Shown here piece after piece: positions 1 through 8,413 of a stretch of 54,725 bases of DNA; within the stretch, counting starts at the first letter, position 1; each line of letters begins with the position of its first letter. The notes below the pieces were generated by a model. That model saw nothing but the letters and a program-made list of their open reading frames with translations, was not told where the DNA came from and did not search any database. Position numbers and translations under genes: made by a program. Source of the stretch: Polyangiales bacterium (GTDB lineage: Bacteria > Myxococcota_A > Polyangia > Polyangiales > Polyangiaceae); assembly GCA_038230375.1 (NCBI GenBank), contig JBBRNJ010000062.1:1-54725 (forward strand), given 5' to 3'.

Positions 1-2
1 CG

Positions 3-569
3 CTCCTCGAGAAGGCGGCCGTCGCGCGACGCAGGGTGGGGGAGACCATCCTCACCTCTGTCGGCGCGCTCATGGACGATCAGTTGTATGGTGCACGCAT
101 CGAGGACGCGCCCGCGGCGGTGCAGCGCCTGTTCGCCTCCGACGTGCCCACCACGTGGGGTGGGCTGCGGCTCGGCAAGGAGGTCGACCTGTTCTTCCTT
201 CTCCCGACGCAGCCCGAGCGCGAGTCGCGCGTGGCCACCGTGACGGTCCAGCTGTTCCGCGCGCCGAGCGGCGAGGTCACCTCCGCGGAGGTCTCTGGCG
301 AGGACCTCTTCGTGCGCTGGCAGGAGGCGGACCGCATCGTGGCGCTCGACCCGAGCCAGTCCGCGGACCGCACGGAGGCGGGCGTCCATGCCCTGGAGAT
401 CCTCGGCGGCGCGTTCGAGGGCCGATTTCCGCACGAAAGATGCGGGAATAGCCCGAGCCCCGGAGCGTTGTTCTCGCGCGCCTGCGGGGGTCTCTCTGTC
501 CAGATCGTGATGGGCGAATCGGCCGGCGCGCTCGATCGCGTCGTGTTCACGGCGGACAAAAAGCGCTAA
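3..569 (+). CDS. hypothetical protein, probably 5'-truncated by the window edge
   Basis: Frame is open from position 3 to TAA at 567-569 with GC3-rich codons; no recognisable motif. Confidence 0.55.
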   Translation, partial: LLEKAAVARRRVGETILTSVGALMDDQLYGARIEDAPAAVQRLFASDVPTTWGGLRLGKEVDLFFLLPTQPERESRVATVTVQLFRAPSGEVTSAEVSGEDLFVRWQEADRIVALDPSQSADRTEAGVHALEILGGAFEGRFPHERCGNSPSPGALFSRACGGLSVQIVMGESAGALDRVVFTADKKR

Positions 570-617
570 GTTCTGCCCGTTGGACGGCCGTCGAACGGCG
601 TCCCAGGAGGTCTTCCG

Positions 618-1565
618 TTGATTCCGTACATCCATGTGCCTGACCTGAAGCTGGGCCCTCTGACCCTGCATCCATTCGGTCTGCTCGTGGCCACTGGAGT
701 CATCGTCGGCACGTGGCTGGCCACGCGTCGCGCACGTCAGCGCGGGATCGATCTCCGCAAGCTCAACTCCTTCATCACGTGGATGCTCGTCGCCGGCTTC
801 ATGGGCGGGCACATGTTCGACGAGATCTTCTACCACCCATCGGAGCTCGTGAAGCGCCCGTGGTCCATCGTCTTCCTGTGGGAGGGGCTCTCGTCGTTCG
901 GCGGATTCCTGGGCGCGCTGATCGGCATCCTGCTCTGGAAGTGGTTCGATTCCACGCCGTGGCTCGTGCTCGGCCCGGTCACCATCCCGAAGTTCCACAA
1001 GCGGCGCATGGCCATGCCGATCATGCCGCTCGCCGACCTCATCCTGTCCGTCTATCCCGTCGCCTGGATCTTCGGCCGCTCCGGCTGCAGCGTCGTGCAT
1101 GATCACCCGGGCGCGAAGGCCTCCGCGGACGCGCTGCTTGCCGTTGCTTACGGCCGCGGACCCATCACGGAGTACGGTCCCATCCAGCTCATCATGGGGA
1201 ACGCGCCCCAGTACGATCTTGGCATGCTCGAGATGATGTTCACCTGCATCATCGCCTTCTTCTTCGCGCTCACGTGGAGCAGGAAGCTGCCGACGGGCTC
1301 GTACATCATCGCGTCGGCCTTTGCGTACGCCCCGGTCCGCTTCGTCATGGACTTCTTCCGCATCACGGACGGCGACACCGCCGACATCCGCTACGGCACG
1401 CTGACGTTCGCGCAGTACTGCTGCTGCGCGCTGCTGGTGTTCGGCGGCGTGATGATCGCCGTGGTGGTCCGCAACCAGAAGAAGGGCTTCGACCCGCAGG
1501 AGCTCCTGCTCGAGGGCAAGGATCTCCCGACCGCGGCCGCAGACCACGAGCCCAAAGAGGCCTAG
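618..1565 (+). CDS. lgt: prolipoprotein diacylglyceryl transferase (divergent Lgt)
   Basis: GGAGG RBS before a TTG start; multi-TM protein with Lgt-like segments LHPFGLLV, WEGLSSFGG, FGRSGC, RFVMDFFR and LTFAQ. Confidence 0.85.
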   Translation: MIPYIHVPDLKLGPLTLHPFGLLVATGVIVGTWLATRRARQRGIDLRKLNSFITWMLVAGFMGGHMFDEIFYHPSELVKRPWSIVFLWEGLSSFGGFLGALIGILLWKWFDSTPWLVLGPVTIPKFHKRRMAMPIMPLADLILSVYPVAWIFGRSGCSVVHDHPGAKASADALLAVAYGRGPITEYGPIQLIMGNAPQYDLGMLEMMFTCIIAFFFALTWSRKLPTGSYIIASAFAYAPVRFVMDFFRITDGDTADIRYGTLTFAQYCCCALLVFGGVMIAVVVRNQKKGFDPQELLLEGKDLPTAAADHEPKEA

Positions 1566-1599
1566 AAGCCGGGCCTTTATCTGTTGCGACGACGCGGAG

Positions 1600-2010
1600 C
1601 TAAGCTCGCACGTGCGGCGTCAGGACGGCGCGCACGTCGTCCGGGATCTTCGTCTTCTCGATCGTGTCGAGTGCGCTCACCACGGTCGTGTGGGTGACCT
1701 GTGCCGCGATGACCTCGTCGCGGGTGCGGAAGAGCGTGAACGCGAACGTGACGGAGGTCTCGCCGATCTTCGTGACGCGGGTCTCCACACGAACGGTGTC
1801 GCCGTAGCGCAGGGGCGCCTTGAAATCGCACTCGGTGTGAACGGCGGGGAAGCCGATACGTCGCTCGGTGATCAGCGCGCGGTAGCCGCCCGGCAGCGGA
1901 TCGAAGATCGCCTCCATCGCGTCGTGGCAGATGGTGAGGTATCGCGCGAAGAAGACGATACCGGCGGCGTCGATCTCCTCGAAGCGAATGGGACGCAATA
2001 GCGTGAGCAC
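1600..2010 (-). CDS. acyl-CoA thioesterase (4-HBT/YbgC hot-dog family)
   Basis: IRFEEIDAAGIVFFARY and CDFKAPLRYGD motifs. Confidence 0.88.
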   Translation of the reverse strand: MLTLLRPIRFEEIDAAGIVFFARYLTICHDAMEAIFDPLPGGYRALITERRIGFPAVHTECDFKAPLRYGDTVRVETRVTKIGETSVTFAFTLFRTRDEVIAAQVTHTTVVSALDTIEKTKIPDDVRAVLTPHVRA

Positions 2011-2017
2011 GGACTAC

Positions 2018-2605
2018 CTATAGCGCGAAGTCTTCGGCCAGGCTCGCGACCACGGATGCGGGCAGCATGGCACGGACGGAGTACGCAGCGTGGTCCGCCA
2101 CGACCGCCACCGCCAGTTCGCCCTTCTTCGCGGCCGCCAGCTTCTTCGCGGCGGCCTCCGACAGCGGGAACTTGAAGTAGTGGACAGCGGTGGTGCGCTC
2201 GGCGGGCGCGAGCGGCGCCTCGTGTTTCGCGCGAAACGACTCCCCGTCGACCTCGAGCGAGATCGCATCTTCCAGACCCTTCGCGGCGATGAGGAAGGCC
2301 TCGCGCGCGTCGTTGTCGTTGATCTCGATCATCACAGTGGCGCTGACCTCGCAGGGTCCGGGGACCAGCGCGTTGTAGGTATCGATCTCGTGCTGGATCG
2401 ACGACTCCTTCGTGATGCGTTCCGTCCGCAGCATCTCCTGGATCTGCAGGAGCACGCTGTCGTGGTTCTCGAACACGCACGTGGCGCGATCCCCGAGCGC
2501 GATACGACGCGCCTTCTTCTCGGCGATGAGGCGCGTACGAAACGGCTCGCGGATGGTCTCGTACTCGCCCAGCGGCAGGATCTCGCTTCTCTCTACCTTG
2601 CGCAT
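2018..2605 (-). CDS. DUF3501 family protein
   Basis: Real start MRKVERSEIL at 2605; motifs FENHDSVLLQIQEMLRTE, EIDTYNALVP and TTAVHYFKF; lies downstream of the Fe-S oxidoreductase as in rubrerythrin clusters. Confidence 0.85.
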   Translation of the reverse strand: MRKVERSEILPLGEYETIREPFRTRLIAEKKARRIALGDRATCVFENHDSVLLQIQEMLRTERITKESSIQHEIDTYNALVPGPCEVSATVMIEINDNDAREAFLIAAKGLEDAISLEVDGESFRAKHEAPLAPAERTTAVHYFKFPLSEAAAKKLAAAKKGELAVAVVADHAAYSVRAMLPASVVASLAEDFAL

Positions 2606-2622
2606 GTTGGCTACTCCACGGC

Positions 2623-3945
2623 TCACGAGCTTGCTGCGCCCAAACCGTATGCCTGGGCCAGGGCCTCGATCGGATGCATGGGCCTCTTGCCCGTCTCCTT
2701 CAAGATGCGTTGGCCGGAGAGCGGGCAGTCCGTGACGACGAGCTTCGGCTCCGCGGCCTCGATGCCGTGCACGAGCTTCTGCGCGTATTTTCGGCCCATC
2801 TCGTAGTGCTGCGCCTTCATGCCCCATGTGCCATCCACGGCGGAGCACTTGTCGACGATGTCGACCTCCGTGTCGGGAAGGAGCCCGAGCACGCGCGCGC
2901 CCGGCGTGCCGATCTTCTGCGCGCGCAGGTGACACGCGGCGTGGTACGCGACCTTGCCGAAGCCCGTCTTCCATTCCCTGTTCAGGCGCTTCTCCTTGCG
3001 GAGGCGATCCAGGAACTCCATGAGGTCGAGCACGTTCTCCGCGACCCGCTTCGCCTCGGCGGTGCCGAGCAGCTCCGGGTACTCCTTGCGGATCGTGTAG
3101 GCGCACGACGGGCCGGGGATGACGACGGTGGCGCCCTCGTCCATGGCGCGCGAGAGCGATGCCACGTTGGTGCGCGCCTTCCGCTTTGCCTCGTCGATGT
3201 CGCCGCCGTCGAGGTTGGGGATGCCGCAGCACACCTGGTCCGGGCGGCTCACGGAGAAGCCATTCTTCTCCAGCACGCGGACCGCGTCGATGGCGATCCC
3301 AGGGAAATTATAGTCTCCGAGGCACGTCGCGAAGAGCGCGATCTTGCCTTCCTTGCCCGCGCCTTCCGCGGGCGTGTGTTTGCCGAGCCACCGCGCGAAC
3401 GGCACGGACGCGAACGGCGGAACGGGGAACTCGCTGGAGATGCCGAGCACCTTCTCGTTCACCTTGCGCATCAGCGACTGCGTGTTCACGAAGTTCACGA
3501 GCCCCGCCATGGGCCCCGCGCTCATTGCGCCCAGTCGGCCCGGCTCGCCGAGCGCCATGTCTTGAAGCGTGACGCCGTTGCGCTGCGCGCGCTGCGCCTT
3601 CTCGCGCATGAGGAGGCGAGGGATGTCGAGCTGCCACTCGTGCTTCTGGTCGGGCGTGTACGGGCAGTCGATGTAACAGAGCTTGCACTGCCAGCAGAGC
3701 TCCGTGACGCTCTGGAAGTCGGCAGCATCCACGAGCTCCGCGCCCTCTGCGCCCCGCTTCTCGATGTCGCGGTCCACGCGCGAGAACATGTCGGGGAACG
3801 AGCCGCAGTAGTTCACGCACATCCGGCAGCTGTGGCACACCTCGAACGCGCGCCGCATCTCGCCCTCGAGATCGCGGGCATCCCAGTAGCGGGAGTCATT
3901 CGGATCGAACGCAGGCGGCCGCTCGGGCTTCGGATTGATCTTCAT
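2623..3945 (-). CDS. rubrerythrin-associated Fe-S oxidoreductase (GlpC/HdrD-like, two 4Fe-4S plus CCG domains)
   Basis: [11 protein letters not shown] and [12 protein letters not shown] ferredoxin motifs; QVCCG, ACHLRAQ and TDCP CCG-domain motifs. Confidence 0.88.
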   Translation of the reverse strand: MKINPKPERPPAFDPNDSRYWDARDLEGEMRRAFEVCHSCRMCVNYCGSFPDMFSRVDRDIEKRGAEGAELVDAADFQSVTELCWQCKLCYIDCPYTPDQKHEWQLDIPRLLMREKAQRAQRNGVTLQDMALGEPGRLGAMSAGPMAGLVNFVNTQSLMRKVNEKVLGISSEFPVPPFASVPFARWLGKHTPAEGAGKEGKIALFATCLGDYNFPGIAIDAVRVLEKNGFSVSRPDQVCCGIPNLDGGDIDEAKRKARTNVASLSRAMDEGATVVIPGPSCAYTIRKEYPELLGTAEAKRVAENVLDLMEFLDRLRKEKRLNREWKTGFGKVAYHAACHLRAQKIGTPGARVLGLLPDTEVDIVDKCSAVDGTWGMKAQHYEMGRKYAQKLVHGIEAAEPKLVVTDCPLSGQRILKETGKRPMHPIEALAQAYGLGAASS

Positions 3946-3951
3946 CAGGCG

Positions 3952-4017
3952 GTCGAGGTCGGAGTCGAAGTGGAGGTCGAAGTCGAGGTGGAGGTCGAAG
4001 TCGAGGTGGAGGTCGCC
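3952..4017 (+). repeat. hexamer tandem array (GTCGAG/GTCGAA/GTGGAG)n, about 11 units
   Basis: gtcgag gtcgga gtcgaa gtggag gtcgaa gtcgag gtggag gtcgaa gtcgag gtggag gtcgcc, between rbr and the oxidoreductase. Confidence 0.95.
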
Positions 4018-4048
4018 GGGAGGCTTGCGCTGTGCCTTCCTCCCGGCG
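4014..4048 (-). other. 10-bp stem-loop just downstream of rubrerythrin
   Basis: CGCCGGGAGG (4014-4023) pairs with CCTCCCGGCG (4039-4048); no U-tract. Confidence 0.6.
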
Positions 4049-4062
4049 TCGTCGTCGCGACG

Positions 4063-4485
4063 CTACTTGAGCGTGTCGAGCATTTTTGCGAAGCGGCCCG
4101 CGTGGCTCTTCTCCGCCTTCGCGAGGGTCTCGAACCACTCGGCGATGTCGTCGAAGCCTTCCTCGCGCGCGGTCTTTGCCATGCCCGGGTACATGGTCTC
4201 GTACTCGTGCGTCTCGCCGTGGATGGCGGCCTTGAGGTTCTTCTCGGTGTTGCCGATCGGGAGGCCCGTCGCCGGGTCGCCGACCTGCGCGAGGTACTTG
4301 AGGTGGCCGTGCGCGTGGCCGGTCTCACCGTCGGCGGTCTCCTTGAAGTTGCCGGCGATCTCCGGAAGCCCCTCGATGTCCGCCGTCTGTGCGAAGTAGA
4401 GGTAGCGACGATTTGCCTGCGATTCGCCTGCGAAAGCGTCCTTGAGGTTCTGGTGGGTCTTCGTGCCCGAGAGTGCCTTTGCCAT
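4063..4485 (-). CDS. rbr: rubrerythrin (short type, no rubredoxin domain)
   Basis: Start [10 protein letters not shown] at 4485; [31 protein letters not shown] and AEKSHA diiron motifs; no C-terminal CxxC pair. Confidence 0.93.
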   Translation of the reverse strand: MAKALSGTKTHQNLKDAFAGESQANRRYLYFAQTADIEGLPEIAGNFKETADGETGHAHGHLKYLAQVGDPATGLPIGNTEKNLKAAIHGETHEYETMYPGMAKTAREEGFDDIAEWFETLAKAEKSHAGRFAKMLDTLK

Positions 4486-4510
4486 GTGATTTCTCCTGCA
4501 GTGACTGCGA

Positions 4511-5020
4511 TTACGAAAGAAGTCTCTTCTTGCGCGACGTGGTCGCCCGTCCGTGACGGCCACCGCCCGCGCATCCCGCGCAGAGGCCGCGGTACACGCG
4601 CTCCACGGCGCGGACTGCAAAGCCGGGAGCTGCGCTGTCCAGTGTGTCCGCGTCATGCGAGCTCGCGGCGGGCGCGGGAGGCGCGACGGGAATGTCCGTG
4701 ATGGAGCCGCAGACGTCGCATACGGCGTGATGGTGTGGGTCCGTGTTTGGATCGAAGCGCGAGGCGCGGGACTCGCCGCCAAGATTGAGCGTGGAGGTGA
4801 GGCCCGCGAGCGCGAGCGCGTCCAGCGTGTTGTACACGGTGGCGAAGCTCATGGTGGGGAAGGTGGCACGCAGCCGCGCGTAGAGATCCTGCGCGGTGGG
4901 GTGGCTCTCGTCCGCGCAGAAGAGGCGGAGGATGGCGAGGCGCTGCGGTGTGAGCTTCAGCTTCTTCTGCCGAAGATCGTCCACCATGCGCTCGTAGCGC
5001 TGCTTGTGCTCGGTCCGCAT
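4511..5020 (-). CDS. perR: Fur-family peroxide-sensing repressor (PerR-like)
   Basis: TPQRLAIL, HPTA, ATVYNTL, RFD, HHHAVCDVCG-x-ITD and CAGC motifs; heads a peroxide-defence operon. Confidence 0.85.
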   Translation of the reverse strand: MRTEHKQRYERMVDDLRQKKLKLTPQRLAILRLFCADESHPTAQDLYARLRATFPTMSFATVYNTLDALALAGLTSTLNLGGESRASRFDPNTDPHHHAVCDVCGSITDIPVAPPAPAASSHDADTLDSAAPGFAVRAVERVYRGLCAGCAGGGRHGRATTSRKKRLLS

Positions 5021-5030
5021 CCGGGACGAA

Positions 5031-5058
5031 ACTGTAATTAGAATCGTTCTAAACGCAA
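5031..5058 (-). promoter_or_regulatory. Per/Fur box TTAGAATCGTTCTAA (5038-5052) inside a putative sigma70 promoter
   Basis: Perfect TTAGAA-N3-TTCTAA palindrome 18-32 nt upstream of the perR ATG, flanked on the minus strand by TTGCGT-N16-TACAGT. Confidence 0.8.
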
Positions 5059-5089
5059 TGGGGAAACGGACGCTGCTTCTGGTCGCGGC

Positions 5090-6979
5090 CTACTTCTTCT
5101 TGCGGCTGCCCAGGACGGCGAGCTTCAAGAAGGAGAGCTGGCTCTTTGCGGCTTCCTTCACGAGCGAGAGCTTGTCCTCCTTGCGTGCGCTCCTTCGCTC
5201 GACGAGCTCGCCGGACTCGTAGAGCTCGCGCGTCTTGTTGCGCTGGAGCTTGCCGCTGGAGGTCTTGGGCAGCACGCCAGAGGCCAGGGGCACCACGTCG
5301 TCGAGGGTGAGGGCCAGGTTCTCCGACACGTGCTTGCGCACCTCCGTTGCGAGCGTCTGGCCCAGCTTGATGGCCTGCTCCTCGGAGACGGTCGTGTCCT
5401 GTAGCTCGAACGCGACGATGACGCGCTCGCGATCGCCGGTCCCATCGCGCGCGCCGAACGCGATGACGTTGCCGCGACGGACGCCGGCGACTTTGCTGGC
5501 CTCCCACTCGATGTCCTGCGGGTAGTAGTTGCGCCCGTTGACGATGATGAGCTCCTTGGAGCGCCCGCAGATGTAGAGGCGGCGATCGTGAAGGAAGCCA
5601 AGATCACCCGTCTTCATGAACTCGCCGGCGAATGTCTCGCGCGTGCGCTCCGCGTCCTCCCAGTAGCCCTGCATCACGCTCGGACCCTTGATGCGAATCT
5701 CGCCGACCTTGTCCTCGCCAAGGATGGTCGCGCTGGTGTTGTCGTCGGGCGCGAAGATCTGGATGTCGTGCGCCTCGAACGCGCGGCCACACGAGACCAG
5801 GCGCACGCTCTCGTCCGCGTCGCCGTCGGCGGGGGCTGCATCGGGGACGGGGCGGACGACGCCTTGGTCCCAGAGCGTGGGACCCGAGACCGTGAGCGTC
5901 TGCATGCCTTGCGAGAGCTCCGTGAACGCGATGCCCAGCGAGGACTCCGCCATGCCGTAGGACGGATAGAGCGCCTCCTTCTTGAAGCCGACCTTGCCGA
6001 ACGCGTCCACGAATGCCTCGAGGGTCTCCGGGCGGATCGGCTCCGCGCCGCACCCCGCCACGCGCCACGTGGAGAGGTCGATGCCGGTGAGATCGCGCTC
6101 GCGGATGCGCTTCACGGCGAGCGCGAACGCGAAGTTCGGCGCATAGGCGATGGTGCCCTTGTGGCGCGTGAATGCCTGGAACCACGTCACGGGCCGCTTC
6201 AGGAACATGAGCGGAGACAGGTAGACGATGGGCACCTCGTGTACGAGCGGAGCAAGCACGAAGCCGATCAGCCCCATGTCGTGGTACAGCGGCAGCCACG
6301 AGATACCGGTGTCCTCGCTGTTGATCTGGAGCCCGAGCTCCATGATGCACTTGATGTTCGCCATCAGGTTGCCGTGCGTGAGCGCCACGCCCTTCGGCCG
6401 CGACGTGGAGCCGCTGGTGAACTGCAGGAATGCGATGTCGTCCGGCGTGATCTTCTCGGGCTTGAGCGGCTCCTGCGACTCGCGGATGCCCTCGATCGCA
6501 ATGATGGTCTCGAGCTCCGGGCAGCTCTCCTGCACCGTGCCGAGCAGGCGCTTGATCTGCGCGGAGGTGATGAGCGCGCGCGCGCCGCTCTTGCCGACGA
6601 TGTGCCGCGTGTTGTCCAGGTAGCCTTGCAGCTGGCCAAGGCCGAGCGGCGGATAGATCGGCACGGGGATGATCCCGGCACGCAGCGCGCCGAAGAACGC
6701 GAGCACGAAGTCCTCGTTGGTGGGGAGGATGAGCGCGACGCGGTCGCCCTTCTTGAGGCCGAGCGCCTGCATCGCGCCGCCGTACCGTGCGCTCGCGCGC
6801 TCGATGGCCTGGTAGGAGAACGAGGCCTCGCTTCCGCGTGCGTCTTTCTGGTCAGCGCCGCCCGTGCCGAAGCCTGGGACACCCTCTTCGGAGACGAAGC
6901 GGAAGCCGCGCGTGGGGTCGATCTTGTGCCCCCGCTCGATGGCGGCGGCGAGGGTATGGGGCCGTTCCGAGGTCGACAT
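5090..6979 (-). CDS. fatty acyl-AMP ligase (FAAL)
   Basis: LQFTSGSTSRPKGV, SWLPLYHDMGLIG, YGMAE plus insertion, TGDLGF, GRSKELIIVNGRNYYPQDIE and PKTSSGK motifs. Confidence 0.88.
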   Translation of the reverse strand: MSTSERPHTLAAAIERGHKIDPTRGFRFVSEEGVPGFGTGGADQKDARGSEASFSYQAIERASARYGGAMQALGLKKGDRVALILPTNEDFVLAFFGALRAGIIPVPIYPPLGLGQLQGYLDNTRHIVGKSGARALITSAQIKRLLGTVQESCPELETIIAIEGIRESQEPLKPEKITPDDIAFLQFTSGSTSRPKGVALTHGNLMANIKCIMELGLQINSEDTGISWLPLYHDMGLIGFVLAPLVHEVPIVYLSPLMFLKRPVTWFQAFTRHKGTIAYAPNFAFALAVKRIRERDLTGIDLSTWRVAGCGAEPIRPETLEAFVDAFGKVGFKKEALYPSYGMAESSLGIAFTELSQGMQTLTVSGPTLWDQGVVRPVPDAAPADGDADESVRLVSCGRAFEAHDIQIFAPDDNTSATILGEDKVGEIRIKGPSVMQGYWEDAERTRETFAGEFMKTGDLGFLHDRRLYICGRSKELIIVNGRNYYPQDIEWEASKVAGVRRGNVIAFGARDGTGDRERVIVAFELQDTTVSEEQAIKLGQTLATEVRKHVSENLALTLDDVVPLASGVLPKTSSGKLQRNKTRELYESGELVERRSARKEDKLSLVKEAAKSQLSFLKLAVLGSRKKK

Positions 6980-7031
6980 GGGGAGGGAGATCGTCTCTTA
7001 GCCCTGTTTTTTGCCCTCTCGCCAGGCGTTT

Positions 7032-7061
7032 TTGACATCCAGGGTGAAACCAACCGATAAT
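7032..7061 (+). promoter_or_regulatory. putative sigma70 promoter for romX-rluD
   Basis: TTGACA (7032-7037)-N18-GATAAT (7056-7061), followed by a GAGGAGG RBS upstream of 7142. Confidence 0.6.
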
Positions 7062-7141
7062 CCCCGCTAGGCGTCGCGCCCCGTCCTCGTCGTGAGGCGA
7101 TGCGCGCGTCGGTGAGAATGGAAAGAGGAGGCTAGGGAAAG

Positions 7142-7405
7142 ATGGCGCTCATCGAAACAGAGGAGGCCGCGCGGCGCTTGGCGCGCGCAATCGCCAGCGA
7201 TCTCTCGCTCTACAACGAGGAGAAGATCGTTTCAGGCATCACGAACGACACCCTCTTCGATAGCCTCGCCGAGGAGATCGAGGAAGGCCGCGCGCTCTAC
7301 AAGCGCCGTGTGGCGCCGGAGCTCTATCCGAAGAACTATTATGACCGCGCCTTGGTCGACATCCTCATCAAGGCCAAGGGTCACATAAAATCCAAGATCT
7401 GGTAG
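7142..7405 (+). CDS. romX: RomX-like polarity protein (partner of RomR in the MglA GEF complex)
   Basis: 87 aa, ARRLARAIASDLSLYNEEKI...EEGRALY...HIKSKIW, matching my recollection of M. xanthus RomX; strong RBS. Confidence 0.7.
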   Translation: MALIETEEAARRLARAIASDLSLYNEEKIVSGITNDTLFDSLAEEIEEGRALYKRRVAPELYPKNYYDRALVDILIKAKGHIKSKIW

Positions 7406-7411
7406 CGGCGC

Positions 7412-8413
7412 ATGCCGCTCGAGAGGCTCGAGCAGAGAGGGACCCCCTTCGTGCTCGTCGTGCCGGAGGAGGCTACCGGCGCGCGGCTCGATCGGTTCAT
7501 CGTGTCCGCGCTGCGGGGCACCGCAGGCGCGCCCACGCGAACGGAGCTCCAGCGCTGGATGGAGCACGGCCGCGTGACCGTGAACGGCGTGAAGAAGCGC
7601 GCCGCCGACAAGGTGCAGGTCGGTGCGAAGGTCGTGGTGGAGCCAGAGGCGCCCGCGCCCTCCACCGCCGCCGCCGAGGACGGCATCGAGTTCAATGTAT
7701 TATACAAGGATGCGCACGTCGTCGTCGTGAACAAGCCGGCGGGGCTCGTGGTGCACCCGGCCAAGGGCCACGCGACGGGCACGCTCGTGAACGGCCTCCT
7801 GGGGCTCGGCCTCTTCGACCGGTCGTCGTTCCCCGGCGTGGCCGCAGACGACGACGAGCACGTGCGCCCTGGCATCGTGCACCGGCTGGACAAGGGAACG
7901 TCCGGAGTCATGATCGTTGCACGCACGCCGGCGGCGCAGGAGTCGCTCAAGGTGCAGTTCGCGCAGCACACGATCGCGCGCGAGTACGAGGCGCTCTGCG
8001 TGGGCGTGCTCCGCGGACGCACGTTCGACACGCTGCACGGGCGCGACCCGAAGGATCGCAAGAAGTTCACCAGCAAGGTGCGCGAGGGGCGGCGTGCGGT
8101 GACCCACGTGGAGGTGCTCGCGCAGATGAGCATTGCCTGTCACGTGCTCTGCAGGCTGGAGACGGGCCGAACGCACCAGATCCGCATGCACCTGGCCGAG
8201 GCTGGCCATGGGGTCCTCGGCGACCCAATGTACGGGAAGCCGCCGAAGAGCGAGGCGCTGCGTGAGCTGGGGACCGGGCTGGGCCATCAGGCGCTGCATG
8301 CGCGGCTGCTCGGCTTCTCCCACCCGGACACGCGCGAACGCATGACCTTCACGGCACCTCAGCCGACGGACTTCGAGCTCGCGCTGCTCACGCTGAAGGG
8401 GCTGCCGGCGTAG
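7412..8413 (+). CDS. rluD: 23S rRNA pseudouridine synthase RluD
   Basis: S4 domain (RLDRF), NKPAGLVVHP, GIVHRLDKGTSG, LETGRTHQIR, GDPMYG and QALHA motifs. Confidence 0.92.
   Translation: MPLERLEQRGTPFVLVVPEEATGARLDRFIVSALRGTAGAPTRTELQRWMEHGRVTVNGVKKRAADKVQVGAKVVVEPEAPAPSTAAAEDGIEFNVLYKDAHVVVVNKPAGLVVHPAKGHATGTLVNGLLGLGLFDRSSFPGVAADDDEHVRPGIVHRLDKGTSGVMIVARTPAAQESLKVQFAQHTIAREYEALCVGVLRGRTFDTLHGRDPKDRKKFTSKVREGRRAVTHVEVLAQMSIACHVLCRLETGRTHQIRMHLAEAGHGVLGDPMYGKPPKSEALRELGTGLGHQALHARLLGFSHPDTRERMTFTAPQPTDFELALLTLKGLPA

Noticed and set aside
2674..4701. 675-aa plus-strand ORF containing VEVEVE, and the 209-aa minus ORF 3945-4574 with STSTST
   Set aside because: Shadow frames of the rbr operon passing through the hexamer array; no protein-like features.
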